Assembly (NCBI GenBank): GCA_039545335.1
Contig: BCIN01000006.1
Coordinates: forward strand, 558,001-622,000
DNA length: 64,000 nucleotides
From: Kondoa subrosea
Lineage: Eukaryota
Direction: 5' to 3'
The translations under genes were made by a program, and so were the position numbers. Shown here one piece after another: positions 23,796 to 36,949 of the stretch (the stretch's first letter is position 1; every line of letters starts with the position of its first letter). A model generated the notes under the pieces. The model was not told the DNA's origin and ran no database searches. It saw only the letters and a program-made list of their open reading frames with translations.

Positions 23796-25128
23796 CTTGA
23801 TTTCCTTCGATGGACAAGAGAAGTGGGTCTTTATAGCAGGTACACTAGCCATCACCATTGACTGTAAGGCGAAGAAAAGCGATGCATAATAGTTATCATA
23901 GAGGTTGTAGAATCGAGCTGTGCAAGATAACGAGGAAGAAGCAGGGTCGTACTTTGGTATTTGGAGTGGAACTTGAGACTGATGCAACCGAAACGCGAAC
24001 TTATATGTGACAGAAGCAAGGTGTTGACAGTAACTGGCGTTATGTTTGGCTTTGGTACAACAAGATTCGAAGCGAGCAACGCCATATCGATTGGCTAGAT
24101 GTGTCCACCACAATGATGACCATCTATTGTATGCAAGCGCGGCAGTATCGCAGTGCTGATATGATACAGCAATGTCTTTGCCTTGAGATAGCTATACTTG
24201 CGTCCGGTAATGAAAAAGGCTGGGTTGATTTGGGGAGATGACAGAGTACTCAAGTACAACTTAACGACATAGGCCAGGTGAAAAGCGAGATGTTTTAACC
24301 ACTTGATGATCAAATTGCTGTCATGCAAAATTCGATTTTCGTGTAGGCTACACTATAAGATGCCGGCAAGCATGGTCCAGAAGCATAAGTAGGATCATTG
24401 AGCTGCTACACAGGCAGCTATAGAGCGCTTCGAAAAGAGGAAGAATTCGAAGGCTCCTTCCAACATTCGTTTCGCTTTCGACACGACCATTCTCGCTCCA
24501 ATATCTGAGTGAAACGCAGGATATACCAGTCTATGATATCACGAGCTATATATCCTCCAAATTCGAACAGAGTCGCTGTGCAAGATCAATAGATTTCCTG
24601 CTTATTCGGAGCTTCGACCGCCGCCTACGTCTTGAAGTACTGTAGCTTATACGGCGAACTTGCTCAGAAATCTCTTCTTGTCACTCGCTAAGGCTGCTGG
24701 ATTTCTTTCCCTCATTCTCGATGGCAGAGCTTGTAACATGCACTATGACTGCTCTTTTTCTTTCTTCTATGTGTCTGGCTTTAGGCGCCTTTCATCTAAC
24801 TGACTGCTAATCGGCGAACGAAGTTGAATTGCGCTCGAAGACTCAGTTCAACTCGAATCCATAATTTCCAGACACTTGTCAATTGGTGAACAAGATTTCG
24901 TATTGCTTCGCGACCAGCTACAACGTATGCCTTCGGTACTACAGTAGCTCCCTGCTCGCCGATCCCCGTGCCCTGTTGATGCTCCCTTTTCGGTTCATGT
25001 CATCAATCCTGTCTTCGGCTTGGGCAATCGCTTGTGCGCCTGAAAGCTCTTTTGCCCTACAGGACAACGGGTTGAGGGTTATAGATTACAAAAGATAACT
25101 GTCTTCCAACAAACTTTCATTTCAATTT

Positions 25129-25228
25129 GGGGATGTAACTCAGTTGGTAGAGTGCCTGCTTAGCACGCCCTTCGTATTCGAAGCACACTGCATGCATGAA
25201 GTCTACGTTTCGAATACGGTTAGTTCTA
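25129..25228 (+). pseudogene. Degenerate intron-containing tRNA-Ala(AGC)
   Basis: GGGGATGTAACTCAGTTGGTAGAGTGCCTGCTTAGCA [~27-nt intron] TGCATGAAGTCTACGTTTCGAATACGGTTAGTTCTA. The D arm is intact, but the anticodon, T and acceptor stems carry mismatches. Confidence 0.7.
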
Positions 25229-25789
25229 CGGTCCTATCAAGCTACAACACCTTCTTACCTTCAATTACCAGTACTTCTCCATTTGAAACCATCTTTTTTT
25301 GCCTTCTGGACCTTTTTTTGCTGGCCGCCCTTCCCTCTTGCTGTCCTGCCTCACCGAGTTGCGAGAAGTCAGACGTCGGAATAGAGGAGAAACAGTCAAA
25401 CACAAATCTTTTCACAATGTTCTCTGTCATTTTTGGCCATCCCAACCATAGCCTACGAACCAGCATCATCCAATACACCTGTCCACCAATTTTCAGCCTT
25501 ATCGCATCACTGGATCTCTTGCAGATCACATTCATGCACTTTATGCCGAAAATGTATAGATTACGTAATCATAGAATGAAATGAAGATCTCTTCGTATCC
25601 GTCGCGCGTCTTAACAGCACAGAGGTCTGCTCCTGCATACACTAGTACCCTCACTTATGCTGCAACACAACCGCTCGGCACGACATTTCGGCAACCCCTC
25701 ATCTGCTCAAGTCAAAAAACGCATGCCTATTCTTTCAGCCTATAAACCTTGCTTCGCAACGAGCATGATACCATAAAGCATTCGCGATT

Positions 25790-27810
25790 ATGAACATGGA
25801 TAAGACCTCGGCGGAGACAGAGATTCCAATACACACAAAGGACAAAGACGATGCAATTCCTACAGAACCTTCAACCCCTGCTCCTGCTCCAGACGGCGGA
25901 TATGGCTGGGTCGTCCTGGCTTGTCTGTTCATGAACAATGCAGGCAAGTCAGTCCCTCATTACAGCGCGATGCATTGACTGACTTATTTACAGCAACATG
26001 GGTTTGTTCCAATACTTCAACCTAAATCGCCGACTAACAATGTGCTTAGGGTCTCAACACAACATGGGGCGTCTTTCTATCCTTCTTCATTGCCAACGAT
26101 TACTACCCTGGAGCAACAAGTCTGCAATACACTTTCGTTGGAGGGATGTCGATAGGGCTGGCATTACTGATCGCGCCTCTGGCAAATTATCTTTCGAAGC
26201 GCTTTCACTTTGTTCGTGGTGATATCTGCATATTGAAGTTCCGCTAAACGAAATGATTCAGAAAGTACCTATGGTCATCGGCATTTGTCTATTCAGCGGA
26301 TCCCAGATAGCAGCTGCTTTCACGACCCAAATCTGGCAACTCTTTCTTACCATTGGAGTCATGTTCGGATTCGGCTTAGGTTTGCTCATGGTGCCCACAA
26401 TACCTTTGACCCAGCAGTGGTTGTGAGTCATAAATGCTATTGTCCTGCTTGATGCTTATCACTCGCGCATCAGCAACAAGAAGAGAGCTCTAGCCGCTGG
26501 TATCTCAGCAGCGTTCGTCGTGACTCGATGTGCTGTTATTCTAGCTAATCATTCGGACTGATAGAGGATCTGGTTTTGGCGGTCTTATCTTTTCCATCAC
26601 TACCCGTATTATCATTGAAAGGCACAGCTTGGTAAGTCCTATTAAGATCTTGACGCAAAGATGCTGGCTCAGTGTGACTGTAGAAATGGGCATTCATAGC
26701 CAATGGGCTCATTTCCTTAAGTATCCTGGTACCAGTCACAATATTCTCAAAGTGTGAGCAGTCCTGCCCTTGGCCTTGCAACTTTGCCTCACATGACACC
26801 TAGCTCGGACGAAAACCATCTCAGCCAAATTTGAGCCTTTACAGCTTTCGCTTTTGGCTCATCCGTCTTTCGCTTGGGTCTGGCTCTGGGGCGTGTTCTC
26901 AATGTTCGCATACGTCATTTGCTTATGTGAGTCATTGCATTCAAATGGCTGAACTTCGCCAAATTATTCTACTTGCAGACACAATTCCCACCTTTGGCAC
27001 TCAAGCTCTCGGTTTCACTCAATCTCAGGGATCAATCTTGCAAGCTGTATTCAGTGCTGGTCAAATGGTCGGAAGACCAATGATCGGCCTTGCATTAGAT
27101 CGATTCGGGCGGATCAATATGGCCGCCTTTTTCACCATAGTTAGCGGTCTAGAGATCTTGATCATTTGGTGCGTCTAAAGCTCGACTTTGTGGTGATTTC
27201 TCATTGTATGTAGGCTCAATGCACGGTCTTATGGTGTAATGATCTTCTTCGCTGTTGTCAATGGTCAGTTCCGGTCCAGCATCTGTTGTATCCGTCTAAC
27301 TTTATCCACAGGCATGTCGGGAGGCGTCTTCTGGTACGCGAAACCATATATATTAACAGCTTCCGCCTAACGCATATACCTGCAGGGGAGCAAGCGCTCC
27401 TGTTACTACTGAATGCGTCGGCGTGCAGCATTTGGGTTCAGCGTAGGGTATACTGCTCGCTGCCGAAACAACTACTGACTCGTTGATAGTCTGGCTATTC
27501 TATGGCTCTCGGTGGTTGTGCCATGCTTGTTCAGTTCGCCGATTGCGGCAGCTCTAGCAGACTAGTACGCGCGACATGCGAAACCATATTGCACAAGCTA
27601 ACTGTATGCACAGCGAGCGAGGCATCGGACGGATGGGGTATGTTTCTTCTTTGGCAAATGCGAGACAGATCTCTAATCTCATATAACAGCGTCGCTATTT
27701 ACCTACCTGCAGTTGGATTCTCGGGAGCTTGCTTCGTTGTAGCGGGTATCATCCTCCTTCCTGCAAAATTCAAGATTCAGGGGAATTACAAGATCTTCCA
27801 AAAAATATGA
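25790..27810 (+). CDS. MFS monocarboxylate-porter (Mch/MCT) family transporter
   Basis: PDGGYGWVV, ATWGLNTTWGVF, IWQLFLTIGVMFGFGLG, GQMVGRPMIGLALDRFGRIN. Many introns. Confidence 0.9.
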
Positions 27811-28189
27811 TGCGAAAGTCAAAGGTTTAACTGGTTGTACACAGTGTACGAAGTCCAAGTGTATATAGAAGTGGCACAAAATTGCATTGCATGGTACTCT
27901 TTGCTCTAGCCCAGAGAACATATTGCCTTGGTCCACTATGTTGTCGTGCCAGCAATGCGACATAGACAGACAGTAATCGCAGACAGCAAGCCTTCAGCAA
28001 TATCGAGAAATAGAGAAGATCATGAGCACCCGACCAGCTGCGAACATGGGAATGAGTCAATGACTAGGGCCGTCAGCGTATGCTTGTCATATATACTTAC
28101 CGCAGCCAGAGTTTCTGAGGAGTATCGTTTTTTCCTACAAACGGCAATAAGTTTCGGGAATGCAGGCCTACCGTGCGAAGTCATACAGC

Positions 28190-29757
28190 TTAGGCCTCAA
28201 TCTCTGTCAACAGCCTTTTAGCGAAGCTGGAATTTGAGTAATATCGCAGCTTACTCTGCAGCCATTCTTCAAAGGTGTAATTCTCTTTCCGACTATAGGA
28301 AATATCCTTGTCTTTGCAAACCTCTGTTACATAAGTAAATCATCGGTCAGCGAGCTTTCCTCTCTCTCTGGGTCAATGCCAACTGACTTTTCAATTTCTT
28401 CACCGCAGCCAAGATCACTCCTTCGTCGGCTTCATCCGTTTGCAAGCAAGTGTGAAAGCTGAAATCTTGTAAATCCGGTACACGATCAGCCAAGAAGAGA
28501 TTTGTAATCTCTTGAACCTTAATATAGCGATGATGCATATGCTGCAAGAAAGCAGTTGCCAGAATTTCGACATTCAGAAACTCCGAATCTAGAGTATTCA
28601 GGAAACAAAAGCCCTTCACGTTATCACTATACACTATCGCTATCAGAATGCAGACCATACAACTTTTGGAGTACGTACGGCAAACGGGCATCATTGGTAA
28701 AGTAATCCTGCAAAGCAAGATAGCTAAGTTGAGGCAATCTACTGAACAAGCGATCGCTTTGAATGGCCGGATTGATGGGCATGAGCAAACAAAGTTTGAC
28801 CAAAGTAGTAGGCAAATGATCAAAAATGGCTTTGGTTTGAGCATCGGAAAGCTCTTGATCAAATTCGAGGCTGAAGTCGGTCATCACATTAGCTGCATCG
28901 ACATCGTCTGACGGGACTGCTGAAATTTGATTGTTTCCTGCTTTAGGAACGAGTTGCAGATGAAGGCGATCCAAAGCAGGGAAGCTGAAGAAGTATTCCA
29001 ATTGCCCAGCCAAATCTTCTTGTACCGCTGAAAAGCCTCTCAATCTGATTTCGCGAAGCTTACTGATATCTGCGTTAACATATACCAATTTAGATATGAT
29101 TTCGTTGATTGGTGGAGGTCTATTATTGCCAACGATTCCAGTACAAATATGCAAACTGGTCAATGATCAAAGATGTTGCAGCGTATGGAGCTATTCTTCA
29201 CTCACGTAGATAGCACAGAGAGTTCAAAGACACCCTCGATTAGATTGATACGATGTTTTTCGTTATGCCAGCCAGTGGGGTACTGCATTCATAGACTATC
29301 ATCGCACGAGACTCAAAGTCCGCAAGCAAGCTGACTCACATTCTGGAAAGAGAATTTCTGAATACGAATACCCGTTGGACCTTCCTCCAAGTCCAAGCCA
29401 AACATCTTGATGAAACCATTGCGAACGGATTGATGAAAGTCAAGCAAAGGATTGCGGCACAGGACCGCTTGCACGCCTTTCTGTAAACTCTTGCATAAAG
29501 TGGAAAGCTGACTGAGTCTAGCCTGATACTGCTTATACTTCTTTACATTCAACAGGCTAGGTTTGGGCAAAGCAGAGAAGATAGCCAATTGGACCTAGCA
29601 GCGAATGATCAGGCTCTGATACGAATGAGATGTTCACATGGTTGGGAATTACATCGAGAGGCATGTCTTGAAGCGAAACTCGAGGACATTCAGGACTTGG
29701 AGAGCGAGCGATCGACGAATAGCCAGAGCTACGACGTTTAGAGCGTGTCGTGGGCAT
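28190..29757 (-). CDS. F-box-like / RNI-like lineage-specific protein
   Basis: The spliced N-terminus SLQDMPLDVQLAIFSAL...LSQLSTLCKSL resembles an F-box. Later segments are LRR-like (KLREIRLRG, ALDRLHL, QLSYLAL). Confidence 0.55.
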
Positions 29758-30054
29758 ATCGAGCTGCTGATGAGGCTACTGGCAACGCTGACAGAGCTGT
29801 AGAAGGACTTGGCCGCTCAAGTCAAGGGCGCACAGACTTGAATAAATCAAAACAAGGCATCTCAAGTTCTCAATGACGTGGATTGAGATCCGAATATCAG
29901 CTAGCACGTGCTGTATTGGAAATACGACGCGTCTACGAGCTTTTGAGCTCGAAAAGACGAACTTCGATAACGCCTTTGTCTCGCTTCTAAGAACTTCAAG
30001 ATACATTACTAGGGTCTGTCATCCTCCCAAGCTGCATGACCCTCATGGTTCGCC

Positions 30055-32267
30055 CTAAATCAAGTATCGGACTGTGATTTCAGAAGCAGCAGATGGTACG
30101 AGCTTGCCTGATAGCACCTGCTGAAGCAGATCAATTGGCGAATAGTGTCTTGTTACTCCTTGCAGGACTTTAAACCATTGTACAAATAGTGCTGAGAATG
30201 GTATAGGTCGATTCTAGGTAGAAAGATCAGATTCACGAGCTAAATGCTTTGCCAGACTTTACCTTCATGCACAAGTTACCATCTTTCTGCAATTCGAAGC
30301 TCAGGCCACCTGTACCGTCGGTCAGACAGACTTCGCGAGTCGGCAGTAGCAGGGCAAATACCAGGCAGTCTGTGAGAATCTTTGATTCGTAGCATGACGG
30401 CAAATAGCGGGAAATGATTCATGAAAGCCAAAGTGCTCTCGAGCATTGCATGAACCAGGATCATAGCTACTCTCGTCTGCAAAAGTGGACTGAGCTTTGG
30501 GACTGATCTAAGAAGCAAAGCAACTTGCGGCAGCGAAAAGAAGGTAGTAAGCTAATACCGTGGGAAAGAGAAAGGATGCTAAAGTGAAGAGGATTGTGCC
30601 GATCAGTAGTTGCTCCAAGCTGTAAGCACTCGGTTCGTTCCGTTTGCGTAGGACATTGTATTTCTTGCCTGTAGAGTCATCAACAAAGCCTCATAAAGTC
30701 TGGTGCAAAGCATCACCTCTGAAGATGTTGAATAAGGTGTATAATACAGATAGATGCCAGGAATAGATTGCTGTTGCTCCGAGGTAGAAGACATGAATAT
30801 GCAGGGTGACAAGTGAAAGCAAGTCGGAGAGTATCGCAAGTTGAAAAGTAAAGCCCAAATAGCCTGAAAGTCCGATGTATCGCACAATTTGAGGTAAATG
30901 TGGTGTGACAGAAATATAGACTGCCAAATATCGTAAGTAATAGAATATAGAGATAGCTGATCTCGTATGTACCATTTTCCCAAAGAGCGAGAAACCAGAG
31001 GAAGGCATCGCAGAAGAATTTGCCAAGCTCGTAATTGAGCTTCAGACCTGCTGGCCAGTCGTTTAGCTGAAGGAGGAGATTGCGAATGCCGACAATTGAG
31101 TAGGACTGGCTACCGCTTTAGTAGCTGCCACTGGAGGTCAAGATGAACTCACAGTAATACATTGGCGCATACAATACGTGATGAAGCTTTGGCTTTGTAT
31201 TGCTATTGTCGCTGTTGCCCGCCCGATGATCACATCGTTTGCGATGAGCCAAAGCATACTGTAAAATCTAGATGCGAGGATATCAATGTTTCCTGCTTCT
31301 ACAACAAGAGTTCAGCTTACGATATGTAGCATGTTCTGTATGCTGTCGTCTCTGCAGCCGATTGAGACAGAAGGACCTTGATTTGGCTTGGGACAGCTAC
31401 AATTTGCTGCAATCTGATTGCGAGCTGTCGCACTGTTCGACTTATGAGGAAAACTCTCGGCACTATCAACCTGGCTACCTGCTACAGATATGCTTTGTCG
31501 AATTAGCCTCTCATCGACTTTCGAGCTTGAAGGCGAAAGCTCTGAAGCTGGACGGGAAACGACCCGTTGTTGTTGTTGTTGTTGAACATACATGGCGACC
31601 TTTGCAAGACGATTATACTGCGTGTCTTGACGACCCATTGGTTTCAGCCTGCGAATCTGATCATGGACGCCTTTTACAGCATTGATCTGCCAGCAGGGAT
31701 TAGTTGCGCATACCGGCAAAACCGAAGACGTACTCGACCGAGTAGTTCTTCCAAGCTTTGGTCTCTGCGATTATTGAAAGGAGAACGCTGGGTGAAATTG
31801 AGTTCCAAAGCTTGTCTCGCTGGAGTCTGCATTGTATGTTCCGCACTATCAAAGTGCTGGCCAAGATCCGCTTGTTCCCATTGAATTGGCTGAGCTGACA
31901 GCGTTCGCAACTGCCTGGTATCTAGTGGCCGAAAGAGAACAATGGTGACATTTGGATCTGAACAAATGACATTCGCTCGAATTGAGGGAGTGAAGGAAAG
32001 CAGCGAGGTCTTTGCGATAGATTCCGATATTCCGAGAGTACCAACGACGACCAAGGGATACTTAACATCACTTCTACCGAGCAGAGCTTCTGCATCATGC
32101 ACCTGAGAACCGCTCAGAATAGACTACAAGCGGGCAGAGATATATCTAACAGTATCTACGTGGAGCACGCCTACTACACATGCAATGCGAGGATCGATCC
32201 GCCATCCATAGACGAAGCCAGCATCTCGAGTGCGGATATTGTTTGGCCAGTAGTAGATGCTCAGCAT
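30055..32267 (-). CDS. GPI1: GPI-GlcNAc transferase subunit Gpi1/PIG-Q
   Basis: WPAGLKLNYELG, RYNVLRKR...LEQLLIGTILFT and MNHFPLFAVMLRIKDSHRLPG. N-terminus MLSIYYWP...GFVYGW. Confidence 0.92.
31566..31583. repeat. (GTT)6 microsatellite within GPI1
   Basis: gttgttgttgttgttgtt read directly from the sequence. Confidence 0.8.
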
Positions 32268-32697
32268 GCTCTTCACAGGCTTCCACGTCTTCGCAGATGC
32301 GTTTTGAGGTCTAGCTCTTGAGATGTAGGCTGTCCCTATATGCGCTGGAGTCTTTAGCCAAGCAAGCGAGAGAATATAACAAACAGTGCAAACAGCAGAT
32401 GCGAGGTCGCTTGAAGGACCAGCGAGCACCAAACAAAGCTGAGCGAAGATGACAAACAGGCCTACGAGAGGGAGTGAAGGAAACAAAGCTAGTTCATCAC
32501 TCATAGACCCATGCCCAGGAACAAGCTTGGAAAACTTGGGAAAACAGGAATTCTGCACGGTACTGCACTCAAGTCAGTCGTGAGGGTCTCTAGCATGCAG
32601 CTGATCTGCATTGCGCGAAATTGACGTTAAACTGCCACACACAAGTATTTACACTAGAAACAAACAGCATACACATCTTCAAAGAAAGTGTCTCATT

Positions 32698-35600
32698 TTA
32701 ATCCCACTTGCTTCTCCACTCGCTGAAACCCGGCAGGCTTTTGGTGCCTACCAGAGAGCGAACGATGCTTTGCACCTAGAGTACAATTCAGCATCACACA
32801 TCCACCTGGAAACAGCTGATATACCTCGTCGCATTCGCGGAAAATCCAATGTACATGTACCAAGGCAGCCGCGAATGTCTGAAACTCCTCATCCTATTTT
32901 GAACGGTTAGGCTGGACTCGACTTGGAGACGATTACCTTACAGCGAAATGTTGCCAGCTCAGATGGCCTTCATCTAAATTTTCTTTGATATGTGGCCTAG
33001 GTAGATTAAGAGTCGAAAGTCGGAGAAGCGAAGGTAGAGCTTCAGGTAATGGATCGACATGTCGCAAAGAAGCAGAGGTCATGCCTAACACAGACAAAAT
33101 TTCGGAGACCAAGATAGGATTCAGGAATAGGGTTCTGTGCCGCAGACGAGCTCGCCATGTCGGATCAAGACGAATGACAGCATGGGTGAGCTGTTGCATC
33201 GGTGTTAGCAGGGCAATACAAGGGCTCGTCCACTTCTACTGACCTGTACCACACCGTGCGTTAGAGCTCTCTGAGCCTTGTTCAGCTTATCGTATTTTTC
33301 TGCTGGCCATTTCCCCTGGAAGCTGATCTCCAATTTCGCCGTCACGTGAGCAGAATTGAGTGACTCTAGTCTTCGAGCGAGCGAAATGAAGGCAGGGCGA
33401 TAGTGATCGATATTTCTGTGACCTGTACTCTTTTCGGTGTCCTCAAGCCACGTTTCAATCAAATGACTGTAAAGGTCCGACAAGCTTGATAGGGTTGACG
33501 CATAACCTCTTCGAAGCATTTTACGACCAGACTGCAGTCATGTCAGAGAGTGTCGGTTAATAGGCGGTTGCTCTTACAGTCGGCGGTATCAGGCCCAGAG
33601 CAGCAGCAGCTGTTAGCCCAATTAAAACCAAAAGAAAACGCCTCCATGCGACTTCCCAACCAGTTCCTAAGCAAGATATCAAACTTTCCCCTGACATAGT
33701 GCTAAATTCAGAACTTACCTGGATTACCAAGCTGAGCTAGAACAAGATCTTCGTAGCTGTATCCGACGATCAAGGCAGCACTACAGAAGCATCAATATAC
33801 GGCGGCTTTCGAAGAGGAGGGATTCATACGTGACTCCAATCAAGATTGCAAACATGAGGTATCTCGGAGGAGCGTATAATCGAATGAAGATAAGCGGGAC
33901 CAGGAAAATCTGCTGGCGAGTCAGTCAGGTTCTTTATGAAGATTGGCTTCAACTTACAGCAAAGACAACCGCAAGACTAGAAACTGGGTATCAGTCATAC
34001 TCGGCAACAGAATGGCTGACGTACGCATAAGGATTGCCTGAACCGCCTGCGATGTACCAAATCAACATGCCGACTGTACAACATAAGTTGGAGTACCTGG
34101 CTGACGAAAGCATAGTGCTCACCAATTGCCCCCACTGGAAGTGAAAGACGTTAAATTCAACAAACATGACGAACAAGCACGCATACGTAACGTCCCAGCC
34201 GACCGCAATATATAACTACGGCAATATGAGCAACAGTGTAAATGTGACATTGTAGGCTGACCTGTTGATCTGATCACTAGCATATATCTCGAGTCCTAAT
34301 TGCGCCATGATTAGAACCCAGAGACCACGGTTCGAGTAGGTGAAAAAAGCCGAGCTCTGAAAGATCTGAGGCATCCATACTGAGTGTGCCATATAATCAA
34401 GTCGGTGCATTGTCATGGCATTCAACATTAGACTGACGAGCGATAGAAATGATCATATATCGGAAACAGAAAATCGCTTCAGCTGTTCCTAGCCATTTGT
34501 ATGTCTTGTACATCGTCAGAAGAACTTTTGATGCATGCGAAGAGCCATCAGGATCTAGATCAGATGTTCATCAGATCTTATTGTCTTGTGCATCAGACTT
34601 AGTGACCTTTCCCCTGATGCTTCGTCTTTGCATGAGCATCATCCGGATCTTTCATAGCATCTTCGTGGCTTTCATCCACATCACTATGACCCGGTGCAGT
34701 CAACGCTTGACCCAGATGTCTCAACCCAGTAGGTAACCACAATCTATTCCTTTGCCTTTTCTTTTGCGTGGACAACAAAGCTTGCAAGAATTGGATCAAA
34801 GCTTCAGAGAGCATGACCAGATCGTGAGAGTAGGCATGAACAATGAAGAGCGGTCGAGCAGAGAATGGCAAATGACCCTGTTCATCTGTCTGTATATCGG
34901 GTTTGAAATACGGTCGGAAAGGTTGAAGGACCTGTATCCGATCTGTGTTTCGGAACGATGAAAGAGTGTTCTTGAGTCGCTCCAAATTTTGTTCCGCTGT
35001 AAGAATCTCCTTTGATAATTGCTCGTTAGTGAGTTTGCGAGAATGTCGGCGATTATTCATTTCGGATAGAGCTGTATTGGCTTCTTTCAACCCTGCCACA
35101 CATGCATTTCGCAACGGCGAAGAGGCTTCTTTTAGTAGACCAAGAAGATTATTGATACCTAGATCAGGGGAACCCGTCTTCTCTTTCGATTGACTTTCAG
35201 TTTGAAACAATTGATGCGCATCGTCGGCTTGTAACTTGCTGTTGGCTCTAGGTCGTCGAGCATCTGCTTCTCCCGGGATTCTTTGATGCGTTCTTGCAGC
35301 CAGAACAGGATAAGAGTTGAGCAAAAGCAGAGCCAGATTAAGTTCTTGTAAATGCTTGAAGAGTTCTTTCAGATCTTCTGCGTTCATTCGACCATATTCC
35401 ATCTCCAAATCAAGCATAGGTCTGCGCGTAATATGCATTCGGATCAGCTTAATGCTCACGCAGATTCCTTTGTACACGTACAATTGTCCCTCCAAGCCTT
35501 GCATCGCAGCTAATAGACCTGCACGAGACTTGATCGCTGCAGTCGAATGATCAGACCAAGTATCGCTCGTAGGCGAATCCGCTAAGATCTCCTCTTGCCG

Positions 35601-36761
35601 TTCAAGAGCAGATGTCATGGAACTCATTACGCCCGTTACAGCTGCCAAATACTGTGTGCACAAGGCTGATTCAGTATTTGGGATGTTTTTAGCAACCATT
35701 TTGCACACCTTGCTCGCTTGGGTCTGAGGAAAGATGAGCAGTGTGCATACGATACCAAAGCCAATGTAGTATGACACTGACAACAAGAATTACTTGCATT
35801 GGACACCGATCGGTCAGCTCAAGCTTACGCGGGATCAAGAAAACGTCTGCTAATAGGTATTGCGAAGTAGGAAATAGAGGTCCATAACTGTAACGGGTTT
35901 TAGCACTAGTTTAAGTTCACATCATCGGCAGAGTGATTTACCTCATCATGACATCCACTACTATAGTACCGAAAATACTGAAGAGTTTGAGCTTAGGGTA
36001 GTAGCATCGGATGTAGGCGAAGAAGAAGGCGCCAATCGCAAAGAAAGCACCATACACAGCTGAAGATCTAGGATCAAGGAAGAATCCTTCGCTACAACAT
36101 GAATATAAGAACAGGTGTATGATGCAAAGACTGAAGAGCTATGACTTGCAAAATTGAAAGACGGAATTGCTGGTCGATATTCGTCGAACTTGGTCCTTGG
36201 CTATTGAATTGTCGATATAAGTGGAAAGAGCATATTGAAGCAGAAATCACCTTTGCTGCCTCATTAATTGCGATGCCAATAAAGTTTGACTTCTCGCTTG
36301 CAAGCTACAAAACATGCCTAAACAAGCCCAGGCCCAACCGAATAGTGTGCCGAGCTTGTCTGGATCTCAGGTTTCAATAGGAATAACGAGCAGCTCTGCT
36401 CACAACGAGCGTTCCAATAGCCATGATGAAAGACTGTCATACAAGCGAACTTACACATCAGCTGACAAACTGAATGCGAGATGGTCTAACTGACCTGAAC
36501 AGGCATAGCACAAGGTATGATGAAGGAAGCGATTAAGCCAAAGAACGCAGCATTGCCCATGACTTTCAGACTATTATGAGGAAGCATGACGATCAAAGTA
36601 GCTAATGTAGCTAGAGTGCATCGTAGTACGGCCTTCAAAGAAGTAGGATCCAAGTGTTCTGTCACGAAATCCGGAGTATGTTTGCGTAGGGTTGTCTTAA
36701 GTGAAGAAGATTTCTTTCCAGCTACATGACTCTCGATATCCTTGTCTTGCGATTTCGACAT
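32698..36761 (-). CDS. Aromatic-acid-exporter/FUSC-like (ArAE_2, Bre4-related) ER membrane protein
   Basis: LKAVLRCTLA...MGNAAFFGLIASFIIP, YGPLFP, NRLWLPTGLR, NRGLWVLIMAQ, GMLIWYIAGGSGNPY, GWEVAWRRFLLVLIG, SGRKMLRRGY. Confidence 0.85.
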
Positions 36762-36949
36762 GTTTCGGATAACACCCAATGACCGAATTGTAGCAAAAAA
36801 CAATATGACACAGCGGGATCAACAGGCAGGTCTAGGAAAAGGCAGAGGTATCTAAGTCAGGTATATCGGGTCTCAGGTATGCTCCAGCTTGATCATGCCA
36901 GCAAGCGTTGATGATCAAACAGCGTAATATTTTTCTTCTTGAAACAGCC

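Larger units (their letters stand above)
22099..23889 (-). repeat. Right arm of large inverted repeat (apparently identical core 22099-23713)
   Basis: Reverse complement of 16149-17959. Confidence 0.97.

Noticed and set aside
16149..23889. Composite or TIR transposon interpretation of the inverted repeat
   Set aside because: No transposase motifs, sharp termini or target-site duplication. The arms fade into diverged homology.
23900..25100. Possible gene or element remnant
   Set aside because: Only short ORFs without motifs or coherent splice structure.
25790..27810. MFS transporter as a dedicated nicotianamine exporter
   Set aside because: It is a common Mch/MCT-family protein and proximity is the only link.
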